Assembly: GCA_938084455.1 (NCBI GenBank)
Contig: CALKDX010000023.1
Span: forward strand, 1 to 63,237
Length of the DNA stretch: 63,237 bases
Origin: Candidatus Poseidoniaceae archaeon
GTDB taxonomy: Archaea > Thermoplasmatota > Poseidoniia > Poseidoniales > Poseidoniaceae
Direction: 5' to 3'
Shown here: piece after piece, positions 16,256 through 25,379 of the stretch
Numbering within the stretch: the first letter of the stretch is position 1
Layout of the letters: the number at the start of each line of letters is the position of its first letter
The notes under the pieces: generated by a model
The model's input: the letters and a program-made list of their open reading frames with translations, nothing else
What the model was told of the DNA's origin: nothing
Database searches by the model: none
Program-made: the position numbers and the translations under genes

Positions 16256-16854
16256 TGTTCACCGGAATCGTTCAGGGCACAGGAACAGTCACATCCATCG
16301 TTGAAGGCACGACCATCCGCACCCTTGTGTTGTCTCTGCCAAACGTCGAGAACCTTGCGATTGGTGCTAGCGTTGCCATCAACGGCGTTTGCCTAACAGC
16401 AACAAAAATAGAACATCAAGAGGTTCACTTCGATGTGATCCAAGAAACCCTCACAAGAACGACGCTCGGGGAACTTGAAACTGGTCATCAGGTGAATGTG
16501 GAACGATCGCTTGCCTTTGGAGATGAAATCGGCGGCCACCTTCTTTCTGGCCACATTATGGGGACTGGGCTCATTCAATCAATCAATGATATGGGGGAAG
16601 GCATGGACCTTTCCGTTCTTGTGCCCAAAGACATGAGGAAGTACATTCTCGAAAAGGGCTACATTGGCGTTGATGGTATTTCACTCACCGTAGGCGAGGT
16701 TGACCAAGGTTGCTTCTCGCTTCACATCATCCCAGAAACGCTCAGACTCACCACCCTCGGCGCCCATGAGATTGGCGACGCAGTCAACCTAGAAATCGAT
16801 TCAACCACTCAAACAATCGTTGCTACAGTTGAACGGTACCTGTCACAAAACTAA
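16255..16854 (+). CDS. ribE: Riboflavin synthase, bacterial/eukaryotic trimeric type
   Basis: MFTGIVQGTGTV N-terminus. Duplicated lumazine-binding halves (GASVAINGVCLT and GYIGVDGISLT). Confidence 0.9.
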   Translation: MFTGIVQGTGTVTSIVEGTTIRTLVLSLPNVENLAIGASVAINGVCLTATKIEHQEVHFDVIQETLTRTTLGELETGHQVNVERSLAFGDEIGGHLLSGHIMGTGLIQSINDMGEGMDLSVLVPKDMRKYILEKGYIGVDGISLTVGEVDQGCFSLHIIPETLRLTTLGAHEIGDAVNLEIDSTTQTIVATVERYLSQN

Positions 16855-16867
16855 GGAGAAGAAATGT

Positions 16868-17266
16868 ATGACAACATCTATTGCGATTGTGTGTGGCTCA
16901 TTCCACAAAAATGAGATTGAACGAATGCTCGCTTGGGCACAGGACGAAGCCTCTCGCCACGGGCTTGAGATTGCGGAAGTCGTTTGGGTACCAGGTGCAA
17001 TGGAAGTGCCATTGGCGCTTGACCGTTTGCTCAGCCTCGAAGGCATTGCAGGCGCTGCTTGCCTTGGTGTCATCGAGAAGGGCCAAACCCAGCATGGCTT
17101 GGCCATGGGCCAAGCGGTCATCAAATCTGTGATTGAACTGCAATTGGTGCACGAAAAACCAGTTGGCCTCGGCATCATCGGTCCTGGAGCGGAACCACAA
17201 CATATCGAGCCTCGGCTTGAACCACACGCTCGTGCCGCAATAGCGGCCATAGCCAGCATGCTTTAA
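16868..17266 (+). CDS. ribH: 6,7-dimethyl-8-ribityllumazine synthase
   Basis: About 132 aa (IAIVCGSFHKNEIERML...VWVPGAMEVP...). SD aaggagaag upstream. The ORF track starts earlier, at 16820. Confidence 0.8.
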   Translation: MTTSIAIVCGSFHKNEIERMLAWAQDEASRHGLEIAEVVWVPGAMEVPLALDRLLSLEGIAGAACLGVIEKGQTQHGLAMGQAVIKSVIELQLVHEKPVGLGIIGPGAEPQHIEPRLEPHARAAIAAIASML

Positions 17267-17296
17267 GCAAAAAAACAACGCCAAATCCTCGATCTG

Positions 17297-17302
17297 TTTT
17301 TT
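17297..17302 (+). terminator. Oligo-T tract after the rib operon (possible archaeal terminator)
   Basis: T6 run about 30 nt after the ribH stop. Confidence 0.3.
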
Positions 17303-17388
17303 GTAAAACCATTTCTATGCTTGAAACGATTCGATGTGAATGTTCAAGTGGTGAATCCCACCCATGGAAACTTGCTGGAGGCCACCTC

Positions 17389-18318
17389 ATGTCCGAAACA
17401 CACAATGTCATCATCATCGGCTCAGGGCCAGCTGGCTATACTGCAGGCTTGTACGCGGCTCGCGCAATGCTCAACCCGCTCATGTTTGCCGGCTACATGT
17501 CCGGCGGTCAGTTGATGCTTACTTCCGACATTGAAAACTTCCCAGGCTATCCTAAGGGCATTGGCGGTCCGGAAATGATGATGGAATTGAGGGAGCAAGC
17601 AGAACGCTTTGGTCTCCAAGTTCAAGACAAAAATGTCGAATCTGTCGATGTCTCCGAGCGCCCGTACAAGGTGGTCGTCGAGGGTGAAACATTCCTCACT
17701 CACTCAATTATCGTCTGCACCGGTGCAGAGTCAATTTGGCTCAATATGCCAGGTGAAGAAGAACAAAAGGGTCGCGGTATTTCGACCTGTGCCACCTGTG
17801 ATGGTGCTTTCTTCAAGGATGAAGAAGTCATGGTCGTCGGTGGCGGTGATTCTGCTTGTGAAGAGGCCACGTTCCTAACCCGCTTCGCATCAAAGGTCAC
17901 CTTAGTCCATCGAAGAGACGTGTTCAAAGCATCAACTATCATGTACGAACGAGCAGCAAATCACGACAAGATTGAGATCAAAACATTCCGCCAAGTCAAA
18001 TCATGGCTTTCTGATGAAAAAGGACTCACAGGCGCTGTGCTTGAAGACCCTCGAGATGGCAGCACGGAAACGCTGAATGTTACAGGGGCGTTCATTGCTA
18101 TCGGTCACAAGCCGATCACAGGGTTCCTTGCTGGTCAAGTTGAAACGGACTCAGAAGGCTACATTGTCCACAAACTGCACACCATGACCTCAGTCGAAGG
18201 TGTGTTTGCAGCAGGTGACGTTGTTGACACACGTTACAAACAAGCGATTACAGCAGCAGGAATGGGTTGCCAGGCGGCCATGGATGTCGAGAAGTGGCTT
18301 GAAGAAAACCATCTTTGA
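17389..18318 (+). CDS. trxB: Thioredoxin reductase
   Basis: GSGPAGYTAG FAD motif, redox-active CATCDG, and NADPH motif VVGGGDSACEEA. ATG 17389 follows ggagg. Confidence 0.9.
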   Translation: MSETHNVIIIGSGPAGYTAGLYAARAMLNPLMFAGYMSGGQLMLTSDIENFPGYPKGIGGPEMMMELREQAERFGLQVQDKNVESVDVSERPYKVVVEGETFLTHSIIVCTGAESIWLNMPGEEEQKGRGISTCATCDGAFFKDEEVMVVGGGDSACEEATFLTRFASKVTLVHRRDVFKASTIMYERAANHDKIEIKTFRQVKSWLSDEKGLTGAVLEDPRDGSTETLNVTGAFIAIGHKPITGFLAGQVETDSEGYIVHKLHTMTSVEGVFAAGDVVDTRYKQAITAAGMGCQAAMDVEKWLEENHL

Positions 18319-18360
18319 TGCCACCGCTTGCTTTATCTCACGATGGCGACTGCGTGAGCC

Positions 18361-18831
18361 ATGCAACCAGAGAAAACCCCTGAAAAGGGGTTCCAATGGG
18401 ATGAGGCGTCTAAATCATACGGGATTCCCTCCCAAGTTTTGCGTGGAGAAGTACCGATTCAACCCAACGCTCAACCGTTCCAACCCTATCAGCAAAATGT
18501 CCAACCCGCGCAGCAGATGATGGGCAACGGCATGATGGGCAACGGAATGATGGAGCCTATGGCTGAAACCAAAGCAACAACAGCCTTCGTGCTTTCACTT
18601 GTTGCGCTCATTGGCCTTTTCATCTTCCCCTTGACTGTACTCATCGCTCCCGTTTCGCTCATTATGGCGAACAATGCTTTGAAGATCACAAACTTGAATC
18701 CAAGCTACCATCCAGACCACGGAAAGGCCCGCGCTGCTCAGATTATCTCAGCGATCATCACAGTGCTTCTAGGCATCTCTTTGGCGTTTTTGGCCTTGCT
18801 CATTCTTGGGTTAATGATCGGTGGGTTTTGA
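18361..18831 (+). CDS. Membrane protein with a Q/N/M-rich N-terminus (DUF4190-like)
   Basis: 156 aa. Low-complexity N-terminus (QQMMGNGMMGNGMM) followed by two or three hydrophobic helices. Confidence 0.5.
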   Translation: MQPEKTPEKGFQWDEASKSYGIPSQVLRGEVPIQPNAQPFQPYQQNVQPAQQMMGNGMMGNGMMEPMAETKATTAFVLSLVALIGLFIFPLTVLIAPVSLIMANNALKITNLNPSYHPDHGKARAAQIISAIITVLLGISLAFLALLILGLMIGGF

Positions 18832-18834
18832 GGC

Positions 18835-20004
18835 GTGAACATGGGTGATGAGGGGCGTTACTCCCGACATTACTCTCTCCCCGGAGTGGGCGAAAGTGGT
18901 CAAAAGAAACTCGCAGAAGCCCGCGTTTTAGTCATCGGCGCGGGGGGCCTCGGCAGTCCAGTACTTCTCTATCTTGCAGCCGCGGGTGTCGGGCGTTTAG
19001 GGATCATTGATGACGACGAGGTGGCCCTTTCCAATCTGCAACGCCAAGTGCTCCATTCCACTGAAACACTCGGTCACAAAAAAGTTGATTCGGCTCAAAA
19101 ACGCTTGAACGGACTCAACGATGAAGTTGAGATTGTAACCTATGATGCTCGATTCACCCCGGAAAATGCGATGGGCATCCTCAGTGACGGGTGGGATGTC
19201 ATTGTGGATGGTACGGACAACATACCAACACGGTACCTCGTCGATGACGCCTGTTTTCTTTCGGGTATCCCTTGGGTGTATGGTTCTATATATCGGTTTG
19301 AGGGCCAAGTGAGCGTTTTCAATCACCTAGGTGGTCCATGTTATCGAGACTTGTTCACAACCCCGCCCCCACCAGGAAGTGTTCCATCGTGTGCAGAAGG
19401 AGGCGTACTTGGGGTGTTGCCTGGTGTTATTGGTTCTCTTCAAGCCAATGAGGCATTGAAGATCATCCTCGGACTTGGGGAGGTGCTCATCGGGCGTTTG
19501 CTTGTTTACGATGCGGAACAAATGACGTTCAATACATTGAAGTTTAGCCATGTAAAAGACAGAGAAAAAGTCCACAATCTTGACCACGCAGCCTCCATGT
19601 TTTCTTCACCTGAGTGGTGCGCAGTGGCGGATCCAAAGGGTTCATTTCAAGAGGGGGATGCCTCCCATGAGGGACCAATGTTCCACCACATTTCGATGAC
19701 TGATTTTATCGCACGCCGCGAAGAAGGTTGGGCTCCATTTATCCTCGATGTGCGCTCGATGATGGAATACCAACAAGCACGGGTCGCATCTTGCGACCAC
19801 CAAGTGGCCCATGAGTCGGTGTTGTCTGCTCTTGATGCCCTCCCTAAAGACGCTGACATTTTGATTCACTGCAAAAGCGGGATGCGATCACAAATGGCTG
19901 CTATGATGCTTGCTCAAGCGGGAATGGATTCAGCAAAGTTGTACAACCTCGATGGTGGGATCCTGGCCTGGAAAGCCGCTCTTCCTGAGGAAATTGTAAA
20001 CTAA
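18835..20004 (+). CDS. ThiF/MoeB-type adenylyltransferase fused to a rhodanese domain (MOCS3/Uba4-like architecture)
   Basis: RYSRHYSLPGVGESGQKKL, VIGAGGLGSP and NLQRQVLH are present. The C-terminal rhodanese domain has the active-site loop HCKSGMRS. Confidence 0.85.
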   Translation: MNMGDEGRYSRHYSLPGVGESGQKKLAEARVLVIGAGGLGSPVLLYLAAAGVGRLGIIDDDEVALSNLQRQVLHSTETLGHKKVDSAQKRLNGLNDEVEIVTYDARFTPENAMGILSDGWDVIVDGTDNIPTRYLVDDACFLSGIPWVYGSIYRFEGQVSVFNHLGGPCYRDLFTTPPPPGSVPSCAEGGVLGVLPGVIGSLQANEALKIILGLGEVLIGRLLVYDAEQMTFNTLKFSHVKDREKVHNLDHAASMFSSPEWCAVADPKGSFQEGDASHEGPMFHHISMTDFIARREEGWAPFILDVRSMMEYQQARVASCDHQVAHESVLSALDALPKDADILIHCKSGMRSQMAAMMLAQAGMDSAKLYNLDGGILAWKAALPEEIVN

Positions 20005-20011
20005 GCATCGA

Positions 20012-21214
20012 TTGGCCATTCAATTGTCTTCTCCAATTGGCACAGCGGCCATTGAAAGAAGGGTGAGGTTCAAGACTCCACGGCACCCCCTCACAGAAAA
20101 GGGAGGGAGTTCTATCGTCAAAGTCATCGTTGCAGACGAAAACGAAGGTCGACGGAGTCTTCTTGCCAACACCCTCGAACGAGAAGGCTTCGAAATCACA
20201 CGAGCAGGTACGCTTCGCCAAGCAGAAGGCACCGCTCTTGCGATCATGCCAGAGGTTGTGCTCATCGACAGTGAGTGGAAAAACGGTGACGCTATTGATG
20301 CTTCACAGCGATTAATGGGTGACCCAGAGTTTGCTTTCAAATGCAGAATTGTCATTCTCTCGCGCAACACCAGCCAAGAATATCTTGTCAGTGCTGCTCA
20401 AGCCGGTGTTGCAGAAGTGATGGGGAAACCGATTGACATGTCAGCCCTCATTGAACAACTTCACCGCCACACAAAGAAGCAATTCGTTCCACCACCCGCA
20501 GAAGTCAACACTGGAGGAGGGACCGGTGGCACATTTGACGTTTCGATGACCATGGGCGATAGCACATGGGCGCTCCCGATGCTCAAAGGCTTGGTTGGGC
20601 CAGAGAAAATCGATAGTGGATTTATTGATGAAATCCTTGGTCAGATGGGAGAGGAAGGGCTTGAAGTCAACGATGAACTCGATCCTTCAATGATGTCTGC
20701 TATGCTTCGTTTGGCTTTGAACAAGCTTGTCGGTGAGGCGGATGGCTCTGCTCTTCAAGCACAGGATGGGGGTGAGGGTGGACCACCTGCTGAGCCGAAT
20801 CAAGGTCCGGTAAGCAACCAAGCCCCATCGTTTTCAGACCTCAAACGCAGCGCGTCCCTCGGCCAAGGTAAACCTGGGCTTAAGGCCATGAAACAGGGCT
20901 TCAAATCGTCAATGGAAGATATCCTTGAGGCCCAAGCACAAGGCCTTGCACAAGAAGTTGAAGAGGCCATGGATGAGATTTTGGATGAATCCCCTGACCT
21001 TGTTGCCATTCACGACCTCAGCACCATGGTTCCAATCGACCCGGAGGTGCTCAAACTGACTCGCTTGACAAATGAATTTGTTTCGGATCTCATGTGGAGC
21101 CTCGGTCGTCCAGGGGCTGTTTCTGACATCACGCTAATGACTCAGGTTGAAGATGCTGCACAGATGCTAAAGGATGTACTGGATGCTTTACCTGCGGCGG
21201 AGGAAGAGGAATGA
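20012..21214 (+). CDS. CheY-like receiver domain protein with an uncharacterised acidic C-terminal region
   Basis: Receiver signature residues are present (VADENEG, VVLIDSEW, ILSRN, GKP). There is no recognisable output domain. The TTG start at 20012 is uncertain. Ends AAEEEE, and the stop overlaps the next ATG. Confidence 0.65.
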   Translation: MAIQLSSPIGTAAIERRVRFKTPRHPLTEKGGSSIVKVIVADENEGRRSLLANTLEREGFEITRAGTLRQAEGTALAIMPEVVLIDSEWKNGDAIDASQRLMGDPEFAFKCRIVILSRNTSQEYLVSAAQAGVAEVMGKPIDMSALIEQLHRHTKKQFVPPPAEVNTGGGTGGTFDVSMTMGDSTWALPMLKGLVGPEKIDSGFIDEILGQMGEEGLEVNDELDPSMMSAMLRLALNKLVGEADGSALQAQDGGEGGPPAEPNQGPVSNQAPSFSDLKRSASLGQGKPGLKAMKQGFKSSMEDILEAQAQGLAQEVEEAMDEILDESPDLVAIHDLSTMVPIDPEVLKLTRLTNEFVSDLMWSLGRPGAVSDITLMTQVEDAAQMLKDVLDALPAAEEEE

Positions 21215-21996
21215 AGCGATTAGGCTCTCTTCCAAAGCCTGTTGAAATGCAACTGATTGATGGCAGGGAAAACCTGCGACAGATGAAGGAAAACCAACCA
21301 AAACTGTATCGTTGGCGTGCCTTATTTGGCGCAGCCATGCTTCTTGCATGTGCTTTCGCTGGGTATTTTTTGTTCCGAGATGCCAACCAAATCATTGCTT
21401 TGTTCGAAGGCATGGGGCCAACAGGGCCCGTTTTCTACGCCCTTGCGGTTGCTCTGGGCATTGTGTTTTTGATTCCTTCACCCCTCCTCAAGGTCGCTGC
21501 TGGAGCAATTTTCCCCTTTTGGATTGCGACATTGGTCAATTATGCGGCTTCAATGATCGGGGGCATGGTAGCCTTTTTGCTCGGCAGATGGTTGTTTCGA
21601 GATGCGATTAAGGCGTCGATTTCAACCGATGAAAAAATGCAACGCATCGAAACAGCGCTCGGTGAAGACGCCATGCGAATTTCGATTTTAGTTCGTCTTT
21701 CACCGCTCATTCCAGATGAATGGCTGAATTACATGATGTCTGCCGGACCGGTTTCCTTCCGAGTGTTCATGACTTCGAATGCGACAAGCATCATATATTC
21801 GCTTGCCTATGCGTACTATGGGCACGCATTGGGCAGTTTCGCTCTCAATCGAAGTGCCTTAGACAGCGTTCATACATCTGGAACTGGCAGTGCGATGCTT
21901 GTTTTAGGCATTGTAGCCTCCATCCTTACAACCGTCTATGTCACCCGCACTTCAATGCAAGCGCTGAGTGGCGCACTGGGTGCAGAAGAGGATTAA
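21211..21996 (+). CDS. TVP38/DedA (SNARE-associated) family membrane protein
   Basis: 261 aa, 5-6 helices, with an LGRWLFRD-type loop typical of the family. Confidence 0.55.
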   Translation: MKRLGSLPKPVEMQLIDGRENLRQMKENQPKLYRWRALFGAAMLLACAFAGYFLFRDANQIIALFEGMGPTGPVFYALAVALGIVFLIPSPLLKVAAGAIFPFWIATLVNYAASMIGGMVAFLLGRWLFRDAIKASISTDEKMQRIETALGEDAMRISILVRLSPLIPDEWLNYMMSAGPVSFRVFMTSNATSIIYSLAYAYYGHALGSFALNRSALDSVHTSGTGSAMLVLGIVASILTTVYVTRTSMQALSGALGAEED

Positions 21997-22061
21997 TCGA
22001 GGCTGTTGAACCGTGGCTGGCCGCCCGTTGGTTTTGTATTTGGGTGACGGTTGGGTGAACC

Positions 22062-24665
22062 ATGAGCCAAGGCGAGTTACCGGTGATTCACGGTTCAAAC
22101 TGGAGGGCAAGTGGGCCGCTGAAATTCAATCAGCCGTTGCTCGCAGACGCTGCCCGCACCGAGGTTCTCCGCTTTGTCGCACAACGGCATGATGGACATC
22201 TCTTCCTTGTGGCCAATGTTTGGGATGTTCTCATCGAAAACGAGCCTGCACAGTTCGAAGGGGAGTCTTGGCACACCTTCACAACCCGATTTGTGGAGGC
22301 CGTCCATCGAGGTCTACAAGCCCAATTAAAAGCCAAAATGGAACGCGATGAAGGGGTGGAAGTCATCCCACGTCGAACCATGAGTGAATTTCTCGATCGC
22401 CGATCAAAACACTTTTTGGTCGACCTCCGACTTACGTTTCGACGCCTTGCCCATTACATGGCCATCGGCATCGGCCAGAGGCTTGAATGGCAACGGCTGA
22501 TGACGCGCACTCGAAAACTCGATGCCCACTTGAAGACCATTTACACAGACGGAATGCCAACTCCGGACGGTGGCACTTTCGGCGGCAAAGGGTTCCGTTC
22601 AACTTGGCAAGAGGGTGTTGTTGCAGTTGCAACCGCTCTCAATCGTCAACCGGACGCTCCTCGAGATGCCTTGCCGGGTCAAGGCTACGACGGGGATTTG
22701 ATTGCACCAATGATCCGAGACATCGGACTTGGATTGGCTATGGGAGATACACCATTGGACGTCATGGCGGCGAACCTCGGCAAAGCAGGGTCCAACCAGA
22801 ACGGTGGATGGGAAGGCGCCGGTGGGCGAGACCTGCACGTCGGAGCATGGCATGTTGGGGTTCTACCACCGACTGCACCGTTGCCGATTGCAAGCGTTAC
22901 CATGACAGGGCTGGCTTTTGCAGCATGGCGGCAAAACCTCGACCGATTCCATGTGGCCTGCATCGGTGAAGGCGCTTCATCTTCTGGAGAATTCTGGGAG
23001 GCGATGAACCTCGCCGGGGCTCGCGGCCTACCAATTTGCTACATCTTACAGAACAACCAAATCGCCCTTGATACCCCTCCAGCAAAACAGTCTGGCGTTG
23101 AAGTCTGGGCCGACAAAGCGGTTGCTATGGGCTTCCCCGCTTGGACCATCGATGGTTCAGATCCTGCTGCTTGGCATGCAAGTGCTGCAGTTGCCAGGGA
23201 GTTCGCCATGGAAGGTGGTGGACCAACTTTGATTCACGTTGAGACCATGCGAGGGTGTGGCCATGCCCATCACCACGACGATCTCTATCTTGGCAATGAA
23301 TCAGGAACTCCACCAGGCTATGTGGACCGTGAACTCCTCGCCTATTGGGAAGCAAAAGATCCGATTCCAACCCATCGCCAACTTCTGCTCGACCTTGGAG
23401 TCGATGAAATCGCCCTCTCAAACATGGAGGAGGAAGAGCAGGCTCTTGTGGACCAAGCCCTCAACGATGTGACCGAAATGGAGTGGCCCGACCCACTGAC
23501 TGTCACCAAGGGCGTGACGACCCTAAACGATGCAGAAACCCACCAAGATCGATTTAATCGCCTTCAAAAGCCGTATGAGGGAACGCTTGAATCGTCACCA
23601 CTTGAAGTAGGGGAGACAAGCCTTACCTATGCTGAATCTGGTGGTTGGACCTATGCTCGTGCCATACAACAAGCGATGGCAGATATCGCAGACAGGCACG
23701 GGGACAAGTGCGTGTTCATTGGTGAAGATATGGAGGTGGCAGGTGCCTTTGGAATGAACATGGCGCTCAAAAACGCTGGTCATACCGACAAACTGGTTGA
23801 CATGCCTTTGTGTGAGGCCGTTATCGTTCATACAGGGACCGGAGCAGCCCTGTCTGGAATGCGCCCGATGGTCGAAATCCAATTCGGTGGTTTCGCAGCA
23901 CTCGGCTATAACGCTCTCATCAATAACGCTGCTATGCTTCGTTGGCGCTGGGGAGCAGATTGCCCAATGACCATTCGCGTGCCTCTTGGTGCAAAAACCC
24001 GCTCGGGACCATTCCACGCGAACATGATTGAATCGTGGTTTGCCAATGACCCTGGCATGGTTGTGATCGCTCCAGGCTCGCCTCAAGACGCCTATGATTT
24101 GTTAATGGAAGCTGCAGAACTGAATGATCCAGTCATCATGCTGGAACACATTGGCTTGTACGGCCTTGGCGGTGGGCTCACAGGATGGGGCCAAAACATC
24201 AACCAAAAAGTCGATGTGAAACCAGTAAAATCGGCAATCAAGGCTCAAGAACGCTACAAAATTGGTAAGGCTGCCGTAATTCGCGGTGGACGAGACTTGA
24301 CCCTGGTCACTTGGGGTTCTATGATTCACGTTGCCAAAATAGCAGCGGAAACGCTGGCCAGAGAAGGGGTGGAGGTTGAAATCATCGACCTTCGTACGCT
24401 CCTTCCTTTCGACGCACAAACTTGCATCGATTCTGTCGCTCGAACAGGACGTCTCGTGGTGCTGCAAGAAGGGCAATGGAACGGTGGACTTGGACACACC
24501 GTGCAGAGCAGAATTTTGGAATCGTGCTTCTATTTATTGGAAGCAGCACCAGTTGTGATTGGGGCACTTGATACCCCAGTTCCCTTCTCGCCACCGCTTG
24601 AAGACTTCACAGTTCCATCGAGCGATCACGTGATTGAAGTGGTTCGCTTCGTTGCTCAATCTTGA
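22062..24665 (+). CDS. Fused alpha/beta E1 component of a 2-oxoacid dehydrogenase (TPP-dependent)
   Basis: TPP motif GEGASSSGEFWEAMNLAGARGLPICYILQNNQIA. The beta half (FIGEDMEVAGAFGMN...EIQFGGF) is in the same ORF. About 150 aa of N-terminal extension. Confidence 0.85.
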   Translation: MSQGELPVIHGSNWRASGPLKFNQPLLADAARTEVLRFVAQRHDGHLFLVANVWDVLIENEPAQFEGESWHTFTTRFVEAVHRGLQAQLKAKMERDEGVEVIPRRTMSEFLDRRSKHFLVDLRLTFRRLAHYMAIGIGQRLEWQRLMTRTRKLDAHLKTIYTDGMPTPDGGTFGGKGFRSTWQEGVVAVATALNRQPDAPRDALPGQGYDGDLIAPMIRDIGLGLAMGDTPLDVMAANLGKAGSNQNGGWEGAGGRDLHVGAWHVGVLPPTAPLPIASVTMTGLAFAAWRQNLDRFHVACIGEGASSSGEFWEAMNLAGARGLPICYILQNNQIALDTPPAKQSGVEVWADKAVAMGFPAWTIDGSDPAAWHASAAVAREFAMEGGGPTLIHVETMRGCGHAHHHDDLYLGNESGTPPGYVDRELLAYWEAKDPIPTHRQLLLDLGVDEIALSNMEEEEQALVDQALNDVTEMEWPDPLTVTKGVTTLNDAETHQDRFNRLQKPYEGTLESSPLEVGETSLTYAESGGWTYARAIQQAMADIADRHGDKCVFIGEDMEVAGAFGMNMALKNAGHTDKLVDMPLCEAVIVHTGTGAALSGMRPMVEIQFGGFAALGYNALINNAAMLRWRWGADCPMTIRVPLGAKTRSGPFHANMIESWFANDPGMVVIAPGSPQDAYDLLMEAAELNDPVIMLEHIGLYGLGGGLTGWGQNINQKVDVKPVKSAIKAQERYKIGKAAVIRGGRDLTLVTWGSMIHVAKIAAETLAREGVEVEIIDLRTLLPFDAQTCIDSVARTGRLVVLQEGQWNGGLGHTVQSRILESCFYLLEAAPVVIGALDTPVPFSPPLEDFTVPSSDHVIEVVRFVAQS

Positions 24666-25279
24666 TTGTTCTCTGAGGGATAAAATCGGAGGTACGCCTC
24701 GGCTGCAATCAAGGCTCCAATGATGGTTGTAATACTATAGAAGATTAGGCTAGAGTGCATTCCGGAAGCGATATTCGGCCCAAAGGTTCGTGCTGGGTTC
24801 ATCGAAGCCCCAGTCAAAGGACCAAAGAAGTATGCTAAGACGGCAACAGCGCCTCCAACAAAAAAGGCAATCGAGATATGAGTTTCAGATTTTACGACAA
24901 TCCAGTAAATAGACGCCATGAGCGCGAAGGTGATGAACATCTCAATTGCAATCCCTTCTGCCGTGCTAACGCCTGGGGCTAATGCGGTCGGACCAACACC
25001 TCCGAGCATCATGCCCGCAGCAAGCCCGCCAGCGAGCTGCGCCACGATATAGGGTATGAGGAGATGCTTCTCAAGATGCCCAGTTCGAGCAAAGGCGATG
25101 CTGACTGCAGGATTAATGTGGGCACCACTCACCGGTTGCAGCACAAGGATTGCCAACGTCACTGCTCCACCAAAAGCCAGCGAGATCAACCACCCAGGTG
25201 CGCCAAGGGCAACGCTACCACACCCGATGCCTACCATGAACCACGTGCCAAAAAATTCGGCAAGCATTCGGCGCATCAT
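24656..25279 (-). CDS. MIP-family channel (aquaporin/aquaglyceroporin)
   Basis: Two NPA boxes (SGAHINPAVS and GASMNPART) and six helices. Confidence 0.9.
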   Translation of the reverse strand: MMRRMLAEFFGTWFMVGIGCGSVALGAPGWLISLAFGGAVTLAILVLQPVSGAHINPAVSIAFARTGHLEKHLLIPYIVAQLAGGLAAGMMLGGVGPTALAPGVSTAEGIAIEMFITFALMASIYWIVVKSETHISIAFFVGGAVAVLAYFFGPLTGASMNPARTFGPNIASGMHSSLIFYSITTIIGALIAAEAYLRFYPSENNQD

Positions 25280-25379
25280 ATTGATGGGGCAGTGGAGATG
25301 GATTATGGGTCTTTTGAATCCTTAGGTTCAATCGATTCGGGAACAGAACGGTGAAGAAGGATGGCCTAGTGCAACCACT

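Noticed and set aside
16843-17259. 138-aa minus-strand ORF across ribH, plus similar antisense ORFs such as 39839-40444 over the 2Fe-2S subunit, 23595-24086 over E1, 35095-35631 over the giant membrane gene and 13653-14147 over the Endo-IV tail
   Set aside because: Each is antisense or out of frame relative to a CDS with family motifs. The translations are Ser/Arg/Cys/Pro-rich, as is typical of non-coding frames.
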